Part shown: in pieces, positions 51,338 to 63,774 of the stretch
How the letters are laid out: every line of letters starts with the position of its first letter
Numbering within the stretch: position 1 is the stretch's first letter
Source: Carcharhinus longimanus
Lineage: Eukaryota
Reading direction: 5' to 3'
Assembly: GCA_030264375.1 (NCBI GenBank)
Contig: JASCQW010000190.1
Coordinates: 70,396,930-70,460,929 of the forward strand
DNA length: 64,000 nucleotides
Made by a program: the position numbers and the translations under genes
Notes under the pieces: model-generated
Database searches by the model: none
What the model was told of the DNA's origin: nothing
What the model saw: only the letters and a program-made list of their open reading frames with translations

Positions 51338-51859
51338 GTGTGCTCCAACAGATTACTGGAACTGCTGAGACTCTGACCTGGCAGGGGGGGCGGGGGGGTG
51401 GGGGCACTGGCTCTNNNNNNNNNNNNNNNNNNNNNNNNNNNNNNNNNNNNNNNNNNNNNNNNNNNNNNNNNNNNNNNNNNNNNNNNNNNNNNNNNNNNNN
51501 NNNNNNNNNNNNNNNNNNNNNNNNNNNNNNNNNNNNNNNNNNNNNNNNNNNNNNNNNNNNNNNNNNNNNNNNNNNNNNNNNNNNNNNNNNNNNNNNNNNN
51601 NNCGCCCCTCTCCCTCTCACTGCCCTCCCCCCCCCATCCATGCCCGCTCTAATTTGGCAAGTTGGCTGAATGATTGATGGAGCAGTGACTGGCTGCACCT
51701 TGACTGCTGCCAGGATAGAGGACATTCACTAACATGCTGTGCGGGACATGATCACACACCAACTCTACTTCCAGCTAACAGTAGTCTTTGAGCTTTCAGT
51801 ACATCTCACCACGATGATGAGGTGTCCTCAGGGCAATCTGCAGTCATTGAATTGCAAGG

Positions 51860-52070
51860 TGCCAATGTTCCTGCCCAAGCCACAGACTATCCTAACTTGG
51901 AAATATATTGCCGTTCCTTCACTGTCATTAGGTCAAAATCCTGGAAACCCCTTCATGGACAGCAACAATTCAAGAAGGCAGCTCATCATTACCTTCTCAA
52001 TAGCAATAAAGGTTAATTAATAAACGCTGGCCTAGTCAATGATGCTCACACCCCATGGATGAATGGCAAC
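51860..52070 (+). mobile_element. 3' tail of the CR1-group LINE family
   Basis: cttggaaatatattgccgttccttcactgtc...ttcaagaaggcagctc...aataaacgctggcctag. Confidence 0.85.
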
Positions 52071-52399
52071 AAATGTGCTCACTAAAATGGTGCTTGATGT
52101 AGACCATATTGGAAATTGGAAGAAATGGCAGCTGGAACTTTTCTACAAAGCTGGCAGGTGTAGCACGAAACGTATCGCTGCCTTTAAGTAGCATTGTGCA
52201 GTCTATGACTTTGAAATAAAGGATTTGTCTAAACATCATTGTAGAATCCTGGAATCACTGAGCATAGAAAGAGGCTATTGACCTATCATGCCAGTGTTGG
52301 CTTTTTGAAAGAGCTAGCCAATTAGACTCACTTATTTGCTCTCACTGCGTAGACCTGCAAATTTCACTCATTATTTCATTATTCACCTTGCACAGAGTT

Positions 52400-53010
52400 G
52401 TCATTGACTTCAGTAGGTTTTCAACAGAGTTTCCTAGTTTCTGAGTGTCTGATCCAATGTGTCACCCCTGGCAGGGGATCTGTAGCATCTGTGGAAAGAA
52501 CCAGCAGCATAGAGTTGTCTAAACCAATCAGATTGAAGAATTCTTATACTCAGCAAAGCAGGACATAAGACACAGGAAATGTGAATTATAATTAATTAAT
52601 TGTGCAGGAACTAATTAAAGATTGAGACATACATGGGGATACAGAGAGATGGACAAACGGTAAAAACATAAGAACGGAAAAAAAAGTTTTAACTTTTTAA
52701 AAAAAATTAACATTCTTTTTCATACAGGGCATTGAGACACACACTTAAATAATCTATAAATTTTCAGATCCAGAGAGGTTGTTCATCAATAATTATCATA
52801 AATGCTGTCAAAAACTTGTTTACTTTTTAACTACCTATATAGTAAGATTGGTGCTTTATTAATTTAAGTTCATGCCGTTACAATGTTTTGTGTGCAGATT
52901 ATATCAGTAAGAACTGCAGCCTGTGGAGAAATAGAGCATCATTACACAAATGCAAACAGACATGTTGCTGTCTGTTTTACACAATAATAGCGGCAAGTTT
53001 TGACAACCAC
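52400..53010. mobile_element. Second copy of the non-autonomous repeat at 35088-37575
   Basis: aaccaatcagatt (52522) and ttttcagatccagagaggttg (52761). Confidence 0.45.
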
Positions 53011-53529
53011 ACCAATATTAGTACAGCTAGATCCAGAGCCAATAATTTTCTTCATTAACTTGAAAAGACTGAACTGAACAGCCTTGGTGAATGTTTTTAT
53101 GAGAAGTGTTGCTGCCTTTAGAAATGAATTTTACCTGGTGCTTTGGATTGTCTCTTGGTGTCAACATACTTGTTCAAGATGGAGAAACAGTCTATTGTGG
53201 CAACAAATAGTCTGCAAAAGTGCATTTTGTTTCAGATGTTTCACCAGTGCCAACAACCACAGGGGGACTTTGGCAGCTGAGAAATAAAGTTATGAGCCAC
53301 AGCTTAAAAAAGTAATCTGCCACGTGTGAGTCAGTGAACAGGCTGGATTCCACAATATCCAGATTCATAGCTATGTTACAGACCAGCTACGTGAAGCAGT
53401 TCTCTAATGCTTGGTTAGTCTGAAGTATATCTGTTGGTTCTAATTCTTTGAAGATGCATGAGGGTTTTATTAAGATAATATACCATAAAGTAATAGCACA
53501 AACAGCATTGCTTGCTAACTAATGATACC

Positions 53530-53730
53530 TTCTCTGTACCCTCCGTTCTCTCAACCTCACTTTCCTCCATTTAAGACACTCCTTAAAACCTACCTGTTTG
53601 AGAAATCCCTTGGTCTTCTGACTGAGTATCTTCTCGTGTGTCATATTTTGTTATATAATGTCCTGGTGAGGCACCTTGGGAAGTTTTATTGTATTAAAGG
53701 TACTTATGTAAGTATAAGTTGCTGTTGTAG
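53530..53730 (+). mobile_element. L2 LINE 3' tail
   Basis: tttaagacactccttaaaacctacct...gtgaggcaccttggga...taagttgctgttg. Confidence 0.75.
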
Positions 53731-53807
53731 TGAGTAATACTCCAAACTTGCCCGTCCCGAAATCAAAGCCCAAAAGAGGGAACAAATAAATTTATGCACA
53801 GAGTTAT

Positions 53808-54622
53808 TGAGTCATAGAGTTATAGAGGTATACAGCACTGACAAAAGCTCTTCAGCCCATCGTATTTGCGCTGCTCAAAGACAAACCACCTAACTNNNNN
53901 NNNNNTCTAATCCTATTTTCTAGTGCTTAGACCTGAAACCTTGCGTATCTTGGCATTGTGAGTGCAGGTCTAAATATTTCTTAAATGTTCTGAGGCTCTC
54001 TGCCTCCATTACCCTTTCAGGCAGTGAGTTCCAGACTCCCACCATTCTCTGGGTGGTATACTTTTTCCTCACATCCCTTCTAAACCTCCTGTCCCTTATC
54101 TTAAATCTATACCCCTGGTCATTGATTTCTCCACCAAGGCAAAAAGTTTCTTCTTGTCTACTCTATCTATGCCCCTTATAATTTTATTCATATCAGTCAT
54201 GACTCCTTCAGCCTTCTCTGCTCCATGGAAAATAACCCCAGCCTATCAAATCTCTCTTCATAACTAAAACTCTCCAGCCCAGGTAACATCCTGGTAAATC
54301 TTCTCTGTACCTTTTCCAATACTATCACATCCCTCCTATGATATGGATCCCAGGACTGTGCACAATACTCTAGCTTGTTGCCTATCAATGTTTTACACAG
54401 TTCCAGAATAACCTCCCTGCTCTTAAACTCAATGCCTCAGCCAATAAAGACAAGTATACCATATGCCTTTTTAACCACTTTATCCATGTGTCCTGCTACC
54501 TAAAGGCACTGGTGTACATATACATCAAAGTCTCTCTGATCCTTGGTGATACCCAGAGTCCTGCCATTCATCATGTATTCCGTTCCCTCGTTTGTCTTGC
54601 CCAAGTGCATCACCTCACACTT
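53808..54622 (-). mobile_element. CR1 LINE, 5'-truncated
   Basis: LEYCAQSWDPYHRRDVIVLEKVQRRFTRMLPGLESFSYEERFDRLGLFSMEQRRL; tail gagtcatagagttatagag. Confidence 0.93.
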
Positions 54623-54899
54623 ATGCAAAATGGACAAGGAACTGCTTTGTGAATGGAGAATTGCAAATGAAAGGCAGGCGTTTGATTTTAGACAATTCTC
54701 CCATTTTGAGTTTGTTCAGCACTGTATTTGCTTTAATGCTGCCAAAATCTATGCATTTACAGCCTGCGAATAATTGGCCTGGTTTTCCACAACTGCTGAT
54801 GATATGTTCCATCCTGAATAAAGAAATGCCAATCCTGCCTGTTCAACTAAGGGACAGAAAGGTCTATTGGCACTGTCTGATGCTACAAACAATGAATTC

Positions 54900-55200
54900 C
54901 AAGCAGGAATAGCTGGAAATGCTCGGCAGATAGGCAGCAGCTGTGGGGACAGAAGCAGACTTTGTGTTCCAAGTTGATGGCCTTTCGTCAGCGCTGGATG
55001 ATTTATGTACAAACGACTTTTAAACAAGAACAAAACCAGGAAAAAGGAGCAGGTAAAATGCAAAATGACAGGGACTGCACTAGGGTAGAGGGAAAGGGTG
55101 ATTTAATGACAAAATTGATGGTGTTGAAAGGAAAAGTATGTTATTATTGGGACAAATACATTAATGAAAGCTGGATGCAGAGCAGGATAAGTGGTTTCAA
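54900..55200 (-). mobile_element. Penelope-like terminal repeat relic with a decayed hammerhead core
   Basis: gctggaaatgctcggcag...gcagcagctgtgg motif; minus strand reads CTGACGA-aaggccatcaactt-GGAAC. Confidence 0.5.
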
Positions 55201-55799
55201 TGGAATAGCAGAAAGGAAGTGAAGCATTGCAAGTCTGGAAAAGTGGAGAAGGTTACTATAGTGCAAATATAGCAGGGAAAGGGAGGTGGATGCTAGCATT
55301 ATGGACCATCCCACCAAGTTACAACAGAATGAGATTCACATGTCGTAAATGCAGTGAAGATTTGAAAATCTGGACCTACTTGTTATTCTGAATTGGACAC
55401 AATCTTTTGATTAAGAAATAATGGGATACTTTTACCCCAATGGAAACCAGACAGTGGGGGCTAACATTTTAAAATCTCAAACCTGATTCAACCAGCCTTT
55501 ATCCAATTCACTTCCAGCTTTAATAGGAAGGCAGCCAGCCACTGGAACGGGGAGTGGTGGGCAATGTTACTTGGTTTACAGTACTGCTTGTGGGCCCAAA
55601 GGAGCAAGATTTTGCCCTCCCCCAACCAAAGCTTCACGCCAATATAACGATCTACTGAGGTTTGGCACTGTCCTAACCTTCACCCCAAACACTTCCTGGT
55701 ACAACTGCAGTCTCCCTACCTGCTCCTGCTCTGGATAGCTCCCAGTCTGACTGGGATCCAAGTGGCCAGTCAGGCTGACCTCTGGATTGTTAACCTATA

Positions 55800-56075
55800 A
55801 AGTTTATTTATTAGTCACAAGTAGGCTTACATTAACACTGCAATGAAGATACTGTGAAAATATCCTAATTGCACATTCCAGTGCCTGCTTGGGTACACTG
55901 AGGGAGAATTTAGCATGGCCAATGCACCTAACCAGCATGTCTTTCAGATTGTGGAAGGATCGCATGTAAACGTGGGGAGAGCTTGCAGACTCCGCACAGA
56001 TAGTGACTCAAGCTGGGAACTGAACCCGGGTCCCTAGCTCTGTGAAGTAGCGGTGTTAATCACTGTGCCACCGTA
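55800..56075 (-). mobile_element. V-SINE, same subfamily as 5748-6035
   Basis: tttatttattagtcacaagtaggcttacattaacactgcaatga tail; gaacccgggtccc B-box; cactgtgccaccgt head. Confidence 0.9.
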
Positions 56076-56499
56076 CTATACAGTAGAGGAGAAAAGATGC
56101 CTTTGCAACTTTCTCATTACTATTGGGGGCCAAGAAATCCAAATTAGCTGATTAATTAGGAGTTACATGTTAACAGGGGAATTAATGAATAATTCAAAAC
56201 AGTTCACTAGATCTAGTCTATTAAATAATTCACACAACATTGATACCAACATCAACATATAGCTAATGCATCCTCATTAGAAGACTAATTCAACAATGGT
56301 AAACTCTGCAAGACATTTGGTAACACAAATGTATGTTTGAAACTGTGCTCCTGTTAATTGAGTAAAATTTCAACAATCTGTTTGGCTTTCTTTTGAGGAC
56401 CCATTCATCCTTTTCCAGTCTCAGACTTCATTTCATGTAGGAAGACTCCCTATATAAAAATTGGTGGCCGCCCAGGCATCTGTCAATTGAATTCTCCGA

Positions 56500-57490
56500 T
56501 CACAAGAACACAACACAAGAAACGGAGGCAGGAGTAGGCCATCTAGGCACCAGGCCCTTCAAGCCTGCCCTACCATTCAATACGATCGTGGCTGATCTAT
56601 GCCAGCCTCAACTTGTTTTTTTGTGCCATTTCCCCGTAGTCCCCGATTCTCGATCTATAAAATATTTATCCACCTCCACTTTAAATACTTCTAATGATCC
56701 AATCTTCACTACCCTTTGGGGAAGAGAATTCCAGAGATTCACCATTTTCTGTGAGAATAAATTTCTATGCACTTCAATTCTAAATAAGCATTCCTTTATC
56801 TTGTAGCTATGTTACTTTGTTTGACAGTCTCTCACCAGTGCAAGCATCTCACCATCTACCCTGTTAATCCCCCTCAGGATCCTACATATTTGAATAAGGT
56901 CACCTCTCACTCTTCTAAACTCCAAGAAAAATAGGCCCAGACTATTTAGTCTCTCTTGATAGGATAACACTCTCATCTCAGTAATTAGCCTGGTGAATCT
57001 CCTTTGAGCTGCTTACAATGTTACTATATCCTTTTTGCGTAAGGGGACTAAAACTGTATGCAGTATTCCAGGTGAGGCCTCACCAACACCCTGTATAATT
57101 ATGACAAAACCTCCCTATTTTTAAACTCCAACCCCTTTGCAATAAGGGCCAAAATACCACTTTTCTTCTTGGACCTATCTGCTAGCTTTTTGTGATTCAT
57201 GCTCTAGAACATCTAGATCCCTCTGCACTTTACTCACTCCATTAGATAATAATCTGCCTTTTGATTCCTCCTCCTAAAGTGCATGACCTCACCCTTCCTG
57301 ACACTAAACTCCATTTGCCAGATTTTTACCCAGTCACCCAATCTATCTATATCCCATTGTAGAATCACAACATTCTCATCACAAAATGCCCTTCCACCTT
57401 TCTTTGTATCATTGACAAATTTGGAAATCTTACATTCTGTTCCTTTCTCTAGGTCATTAATTGAAATAGTGAACAATTGCAGGCCAAGTT
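56500..57490 (-). mobile_element. CR1 LINE, 5'-truncated
   Basis: LFTISINDLEKGTECKISKFVNDTK...WQMEFSVRKGEVMHF; tail aggagtaggccat. Confidence 0.93.
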
Positions 57491-57667
57491 GTGAGGAAGT
57501 ATCCAAGAAGAGCATTAGGTAATTCATCCCCTGATACTCTCTCTTTTCCCATGGGGTGCCCATGCTGCTTTGCCATGGGGTGCCCATGCTGCTTAACCTC
57601 ATCAGGTTGAGATTAGGAACCCTCTGAAGAAAAGAACTTAAAAGCTACAATTATGAGCTTGTGAGTG

Positions 57668-58065
57668 ATAGCTGTGACTCAGTAGTAGTACTCTTAACTC
57701 TGTGACAGTGGGTTATGGGTTCAAATCCCACTCCAGACATTCTGCATATAATCCAGGATAGTAATTCAATGACGTGTTGAAGAAGATGCAGGCTTTCAAA
57801 TGTTATGTTAAACCAGGGAGCTATTCTCCTTCTGAGGCCAATGTAAAAGATCCCAGTGGATTACTTCAAAGAAGGGCTTGAGAGCCACACCTGGAGTCTG
57901 GGCCAATATGTATTCCTTATCTAATATTATTCAAATAGAGTAATTGATCATTATCCTATTTGTGGGATTTTCCTGTGCAAATTGGCTGCCAGGTTTCCAA
58001 CATGAAAGTACTTCATTGGTTATAAAGTACTTTCCTGAAAGAAGATGTATAATCTTTCTTTGTCT
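57668..58065 (+). mobile_element. DeuSINE (SacSINE1-like), near full length
   Basis: Head tgactcagtagtagtactctt...gggttcaaatcccactccaga; atgtaaaagatccc; gtgcaaattggctgcc; aaagtacttcattgg. Confidence 0.82.
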
Positions 58066-58199
58066 TGTACTTTCCTTGTCAGGTGTAGGGGGGTGGGNNN
58101 NNNNNNNNNNNNNNNNNNNNNNNNNNNNNNNNNNNNNNNNNNNNNNNNNNNNNNNNNNNNNNNNNNNNNNNNNNNNNNNNNNNNNNNNNNNNNNNNNGT

Positions 58200-58520
58200 G
58201 GGGGGTGCGGGCAGTGGCATAGTTGTATTGTCAGTGGACTAGTAATCCAGTAGACTCCAATAAAGCTCAGGGGACCTACATTCAAATCCCCCCATTGTAG
58301 ATGGTGAAATTTGAATTCAACAAAAATCTGGAATTATCCAATGATGAGCATGAGCCCATCTGGTTCACTATTGTCCTTTAGAGAGGAAAATCTGCCGTCC
58401 TTACTTGATCCGGCCTACATGTGACTCCAGATTCACAGCAATGTGGTTGACTCTTAACTGCCCCTTCAAAGAGCATTAGGAATGGGCAATAAATGCTGTC
58501 CCAGTCCCATTCAGGAATTT
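58200..58520 (+). mobile_element. tRNA-derived SINE family B
   Basis: ggactagtaatccag, ttcaaatccc, ggcctacatgtgactccaga, gggcaataaatgctg. Confidence 0.9.
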
Positions 58521-59777
58521 TAAAATCCATCTAAAGCACCTTAGAATGTTTCTCCCATGTTAAAGTAGCGACATGAGTAAAAGCTGTTGCTGCACTTTTA
58601 GAACAGATGTCCTTACTTTCTCATCACAACAAATTCAGACTAATATTTAAGCATGTTAATCTTGATGTCATCCATTTTAAATTAATCCTTATCACCATCA
58701 AATAAGGTTGGCAACATATAATTTTGAAGTAAATGCAGCAATATTTTAAATGCAGATCCTTCTGCCTGTAACACTAAGTAACACAGCATGGTTCTGTGAT
58801 TAATAAGGAAAGTACAATATGCACTTTTACCAAAAAAGGTGCCCCTTCCCAAATAGCTCCCAAAAGAGGCATTCTTGATGTGGCCCCTTTAATCTGTCCA
58901 GTCAAAATAATGTGTTCTACTACTGACAAACCCTGCTTTGTTTATGGTCTACAAATGCCAGAACTTCCAAGCAAAGTTTAAAGAGGTGCCACCATAATTA
59001 AAATGGGACTGTTCAGAATGTCATCACCTGCCATTATTACGCCAAGAAATAAATTGCGCAATTTTGCCTCAATGTCGTTGAGCCCGATCACTCAGAATTG
59101 CAACTCAGAGAGTTGCTTCTCAACCTTGATAACGTGATATGAAAATGTTCATTTGAGCTCAGGAGCCAATCACACTTTCCACTTTCAACCCTTTCCTTAA
59201 CCCAATTTCAGCAATTGCATCAAGTGACAGTATTTGCAACAGGACTTCTTTTTAATGAGATGTGGTGTTCTTGTTAGACACATGGAAATAATTTCACTAC
59301 CGTACGAGTGCAGTGATTGTTCACTGGAACTTATGGGGAACAGCATAACTGCTTAATGATCTTCTGTGATATCTAACTAGTAGAAGTTGTTCCTCTCTCA
59401 ATGTTGCTTTACAAACTAATCTCGTCCTAAATAAACATAATAATTAATAACAGCCAAGTGTCAAATCAGGATTTTAATTTAGTGATTAGTCATGCCGTAA
59501 AACAAATAAATAGAAACCATGATGGGATCTTCAGAGTCTGAACATTATGTTGGGAGTGTGTTAAGGACGGATGCATAAAATTGAACCCAGCTCAAGTGTT
59601 CCAATCTGACCGTGAAAATTGGCTTCAATACATCTGGATATTTATGGACAGGCACCAGAAAAAGTGAGCATGCAGGCTGCAGTGTAGTGTTCGAGCCCAC
59701 CTCTGAGAGAGTCTAATCAATATGCGAATTAATATTTATGCTCTTTGATTTGATTTTGGAGATCATTCAGCTTTATT

Positions 59778-60165
59778 AGAACATAGGAACTGAAGTAGGC
59801 CATTTGGTCCTTCAAGCACTGCTCCACTATTCAATAACATCATGCTTTTGGTCTCAATTCCACTTTTATGTTGCCCTCCACTCCGCCCCACCCCCCACCA
59901 TTTTTCTCAACCCACCCAAAAAGGTCTTGACTCCCATGCCTATAAAAAAACCTGCCTAACTCTGAATAAATTCAATGACCCAGCCTACTCTGCTTTCTGG
60001 GGAAAAGAATTCCACATAATAATAATCTTCTGAGAGAAAAAAATTCTCCATATCTCTGTCTTAAACAGTAGACCTTTTTTTCTTAAACCAAGTCTCCTGT
60101 TTCTAGTTCCTCCCACAAGTGGGAACATTGTCCTGATATCTACCCTGTCAAATCACTTCAGGATC
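59778..60165 (-). mobile_element. CR1 3' fragment
   Basis: agaacataggaactgaagtaggccatt...aaattcaatgacccagcct...tctaccctgtcaa. Confidence 0.82.
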
Positions 60166-61224
60166 TTCTTGGGACAACTAGGGTTGAGGAATAAGCATGG
60201 CCCTCTCAGTGTTGACTACCTGTTAAGAAGGAATGAAAATGGAATTTAAGAATTATGATTACTTTCAATCACATGAACACTGTTTTGTTAGTGTGTAGCC
60301 ATTTAGTGGATCCTGTTGGACCATTTAGGGTTCTGCTCTTGTTAGCTCAAGCTGTTCATTATCGCAGGATCATCCTAAATGCAAGGTAACCTCCAGCTTC
60401 CATTATCCAATGCGAACCATTTTTTAAAACCCCTCTCCCTCTCGCATGACCTTCACATGAAGCGCATGACCTTCTTTGACACTTAGATCGAGATGATCTG
60501 ATCAGCTGCGTCTTCAATGACCCTACCTTCCCCTTGCCCATTGAACCAATCTTCTGCTAAAACTCCCCTTTATCCTTGAAAAGGTGCTAATTTTGCTTAA
60601 AAAAAGGTAGACACAAATATGGAAGGTAAATAATGCAGGAATGTAATGGGGTTTGGGTCGCCAGGGGTTTGTTCAATTTCTTGTCAGTGGTTAGAGGAAA
60701 TTACTGATTGTGTAGGCCTGAATTATGTCTCTCCCAGAGAGAGGAAGACTTGGTATACAGAGTTAGAACCAGTTGAAGGTTAGACTCATAGCCCTGCTGG
60801 TTTCTTTGGTCCCAGATACTTAGTTATAAAGTGTCCAGGAGAATGGTGGCTGAAGAGAGGGCTACTGAAATCCATATTAAATCCATTTATTCAGTCCAGT
60901 AACTTTTAGCTTTTGACTCCTTCATCAAGGCAAACAATTTGCTTGAGGTAATTCTGTCAAAGTCCTGAAAGCTTTCAGTAAGCCTCTCCGAAATCTTCCA
61001 TTCAACTGAAGAAAACTGGCCCAACTTCCTTAATATTTCTTCTTAAGAGTCTAAGAGAAGATAGAGGTAGCATTCTAGAAGGCCAGAATGATCACCTGCT
61101 TCTATGTTGCATGCTGTTTGGGGGTGCAGCGACTCCTAACAAATTCTGGCTTTCCCATAAATGGCATATGTGTGAAGATACTGGTGCCAAAAATATGCTC
61201 ACAATTCCAAAACAACTAATTTCA

Positions 61225-61470
61225 TGTTTCACAGTGTCCCAAAGTGTCATACAGATAATCAAGTACTTTTGAAATAGGGAAAGCATGGCAAAGTCCCACA
61301 AACAGCAGTGAGCTAAATGACAAGATAATCTGTCTTAACTTTGGGTTAAAGGATAATTATTGACTGGAACATTGGGGAGACTCCCTCGCTGTTCTTCAAA
61401 TAGTACCATGGGACCCATTACATTCACCTGAGAACACATACATCTTTAGTTTGACAACTCCTTTCGAAAG
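61225..61470 (-). mobile_element. DeuSINE fragment
   Basis: aagtacttttgaa, tcccacaaacagca, ttcttcaaatagtaccatggga, tacattcacctgag. Confidence 0.75.
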
Positions 61471-63774
61471 GCAATGTACAGTAAATTCAATGACATATCA
61501 GCTGTAAGGGCTTCAGTTCTTTAATATGCAGGTTGTCTGTGATTCTCCGTAAAAAGATCTCCGGGGCAAATGTGAAGCATTCTCAACGCATGAATTATTT
61601 ATCCCTTGCCAGTCACTTGCTCCTGCATTATTTGAGAAGGAAAACTGATTACAAGTCTGCTTTTGGAAAGTTCTTGACTGGTTGAAACCCTGGCTTCTGA
61701 TCTTGCTGCACAACCCCGAGATGTCAATCCAATGCAAGTACATCATGGCACGCAAATAAGACAATCTATCAGCGAATAACAATGTCCTCACATAGTGATT
61801 TCAGTGCCCTGATCAGCAGGTAGGTTGGGGGCGTTGTGTGTGTGGGTTGGTATGGTAGAAGAAGACGGATTCTTTTCATTATAAGTTACTTAATGTTTAT
61901 AAAATCTTTCTATTCTGCTGCAGGATGATGATGTGGGTCTCTATCTAGACATTAGTGATCTACCCTGTGTCAAAACTGTGGTGCAATAATCTGCACCAAT
62001 ATAGGATGAGCCACATTAATACATTTAGGTGCATCATTGATACAGCTACCTAGAAAGTCATGTTGCTCTAGAATCATGCATGGAGGTGAAATTGAACCTG
62101 GGCAAAGATGCAAATCAGGCAAAAGCACATTTGCTGCTCATTATACAACAGGACTAAATATTGTACTGGATGCTTAAAATGTGACCAGTGTGATGGCATC
62201 GGTTTTGTAGCTAATTTCATGTTGCACATGTGCATTGAAGAACGATCTTCTGTGAAATTGGTAAAAAGCATCAGTCATGTGTTACATCCGGAGCAATTTG
62301 TTAATGATACATATTCATTAAAAATGTATGCACCCACTGTAAATATTCTTTGAGCTTTTCCGTTTGCTTTACCCCAAACCTTGATGAGTCTCTTCTTACC
62401 ACGTGCCCAGATAATTGAACATCTTTTGACTTTCATTTGGTCGACCTTCAGTAGTGGAAACTGTTAGATTGCACTAAGAAACGACGGGCGAGATTCTCAG
62501 GAGCTGTTCATTGTGGGTGCAAATCCTGTTACGCCTACTAACTGTCACAAGTAGGCCATAACGGGATTTGTGCCACCGAGGTTTCCAAGCCCGATGTTCT
62601 CGGTCCCTCCCTGATGATGCAGTCAGGCTCATGCCCAGGAAAGGTGGGTACATGGTGGAACAACAGCAGTAAATATTTCACACAGCTAATGGAGGAAGTG
62701 GCTCCTTTAAAAGTGGAGCTGCCATCAATCAAAAGCAAATTTAATTGTTGGCCTTTCCAAAATGTGACCCATGGTATTTGTGAAAGGGAAGAAAAGGTTT
62801 AAATCTGCCAGAGGCCATGTACCCCTTTGGAGAGGTTCAGGAACTCCTTCGGGATATCAAGAATTAACATGAATGTGTACAAAAAAGTGGATCAGGTCTG
62901 TGGAACTGTCAAGTCATTTAAATCACCCTCACTTTAAATTTTGAAAAAACCCAATTGAAAATGCATCAGTGCTTATGATTTAAATAGATATTTGTTGACA
63001 TAGACCTGAGTGTTATCATTGTAGGATTAATGTAGCCTCACTGCTTTCACAATCTATTAGTATTATAGTTGGGATAGGAGCTTGTAAATTCACAGATTAA
63101 TTAATAACAGCTCAGAAAAGTTAGCTGTCTTTGATTTTGGATTATGAATACAAATGTTTATTTTTATAAAGGGCTAAGTACTTGAATGGATTTAAATGTA
63201 CTGAATGGATTTTGAGAAATAAGAGTGTTATTAAATAGTGAAGTCTATAATAGATAGTTAGAACTTTCCTTTATTTCATCTCAGCATGGCTCCTGAGGTC
63301 TGCACATGGTGGATACAGTGCAGGTTGGCATGGAGGGTATAAGGANNNNNNNNNNNNNNNNNNNNNNNNNNNNNNNNNNNNNNNNNNNNNNNNNNNNNNN
63401 NNNNNNNNNNNNNNNNNNNNNNNNNNNNNNNGCGCGGTGGAATCAGTGGACTGATGGGCCATGGGGTGGGAGAGTCATTGAGGGTCATTAATAACTTAGA
63501 GTATGAGTGACCCCCAAGGGTTGACCAAACCCAAGAGCAAAAATTTATCTCTAATTATTAACCTCTGTCTGGAGTTTTCTATTGCAGATTTAACTGATAT
63601 CTCAATTATATATGCAAATGATCAACACAAATTATGGCCTTTGTCCTCCAGTGTATCTAATTACACCAATTTTAAATTGTGTATGATGTATGTATCACAA
63701 TATTGAGGTGGAGGTGCATTTATTGAAGGATGGGTTTATGCTTCCTAGAACACAGGTTGTGTGTAATGACATAT

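Larger units (their letters stand above)
49400..51850 (+). mobile_element. PIF/Harbinger Myb/SANT-like ORF relic, interrupted by CR1, LTR and SINE insertions
   Basis: Frameshifted RFSD.AL...VF..QGG...LRK*WEQ..VAVS..SL pattern at 49435-49580; LAGLPDSMLSLS...QSMEFIL at 49850-49980; resumes after 51337. Confidence 0.5.

Noticed and set aside
51415-63431. ORFs spanning N runs (also at 37816-37914)
   Set aside because: Open only because of assembly gaps, several of which sit beside G/C-rich tracts as expected for sequencing dropout.
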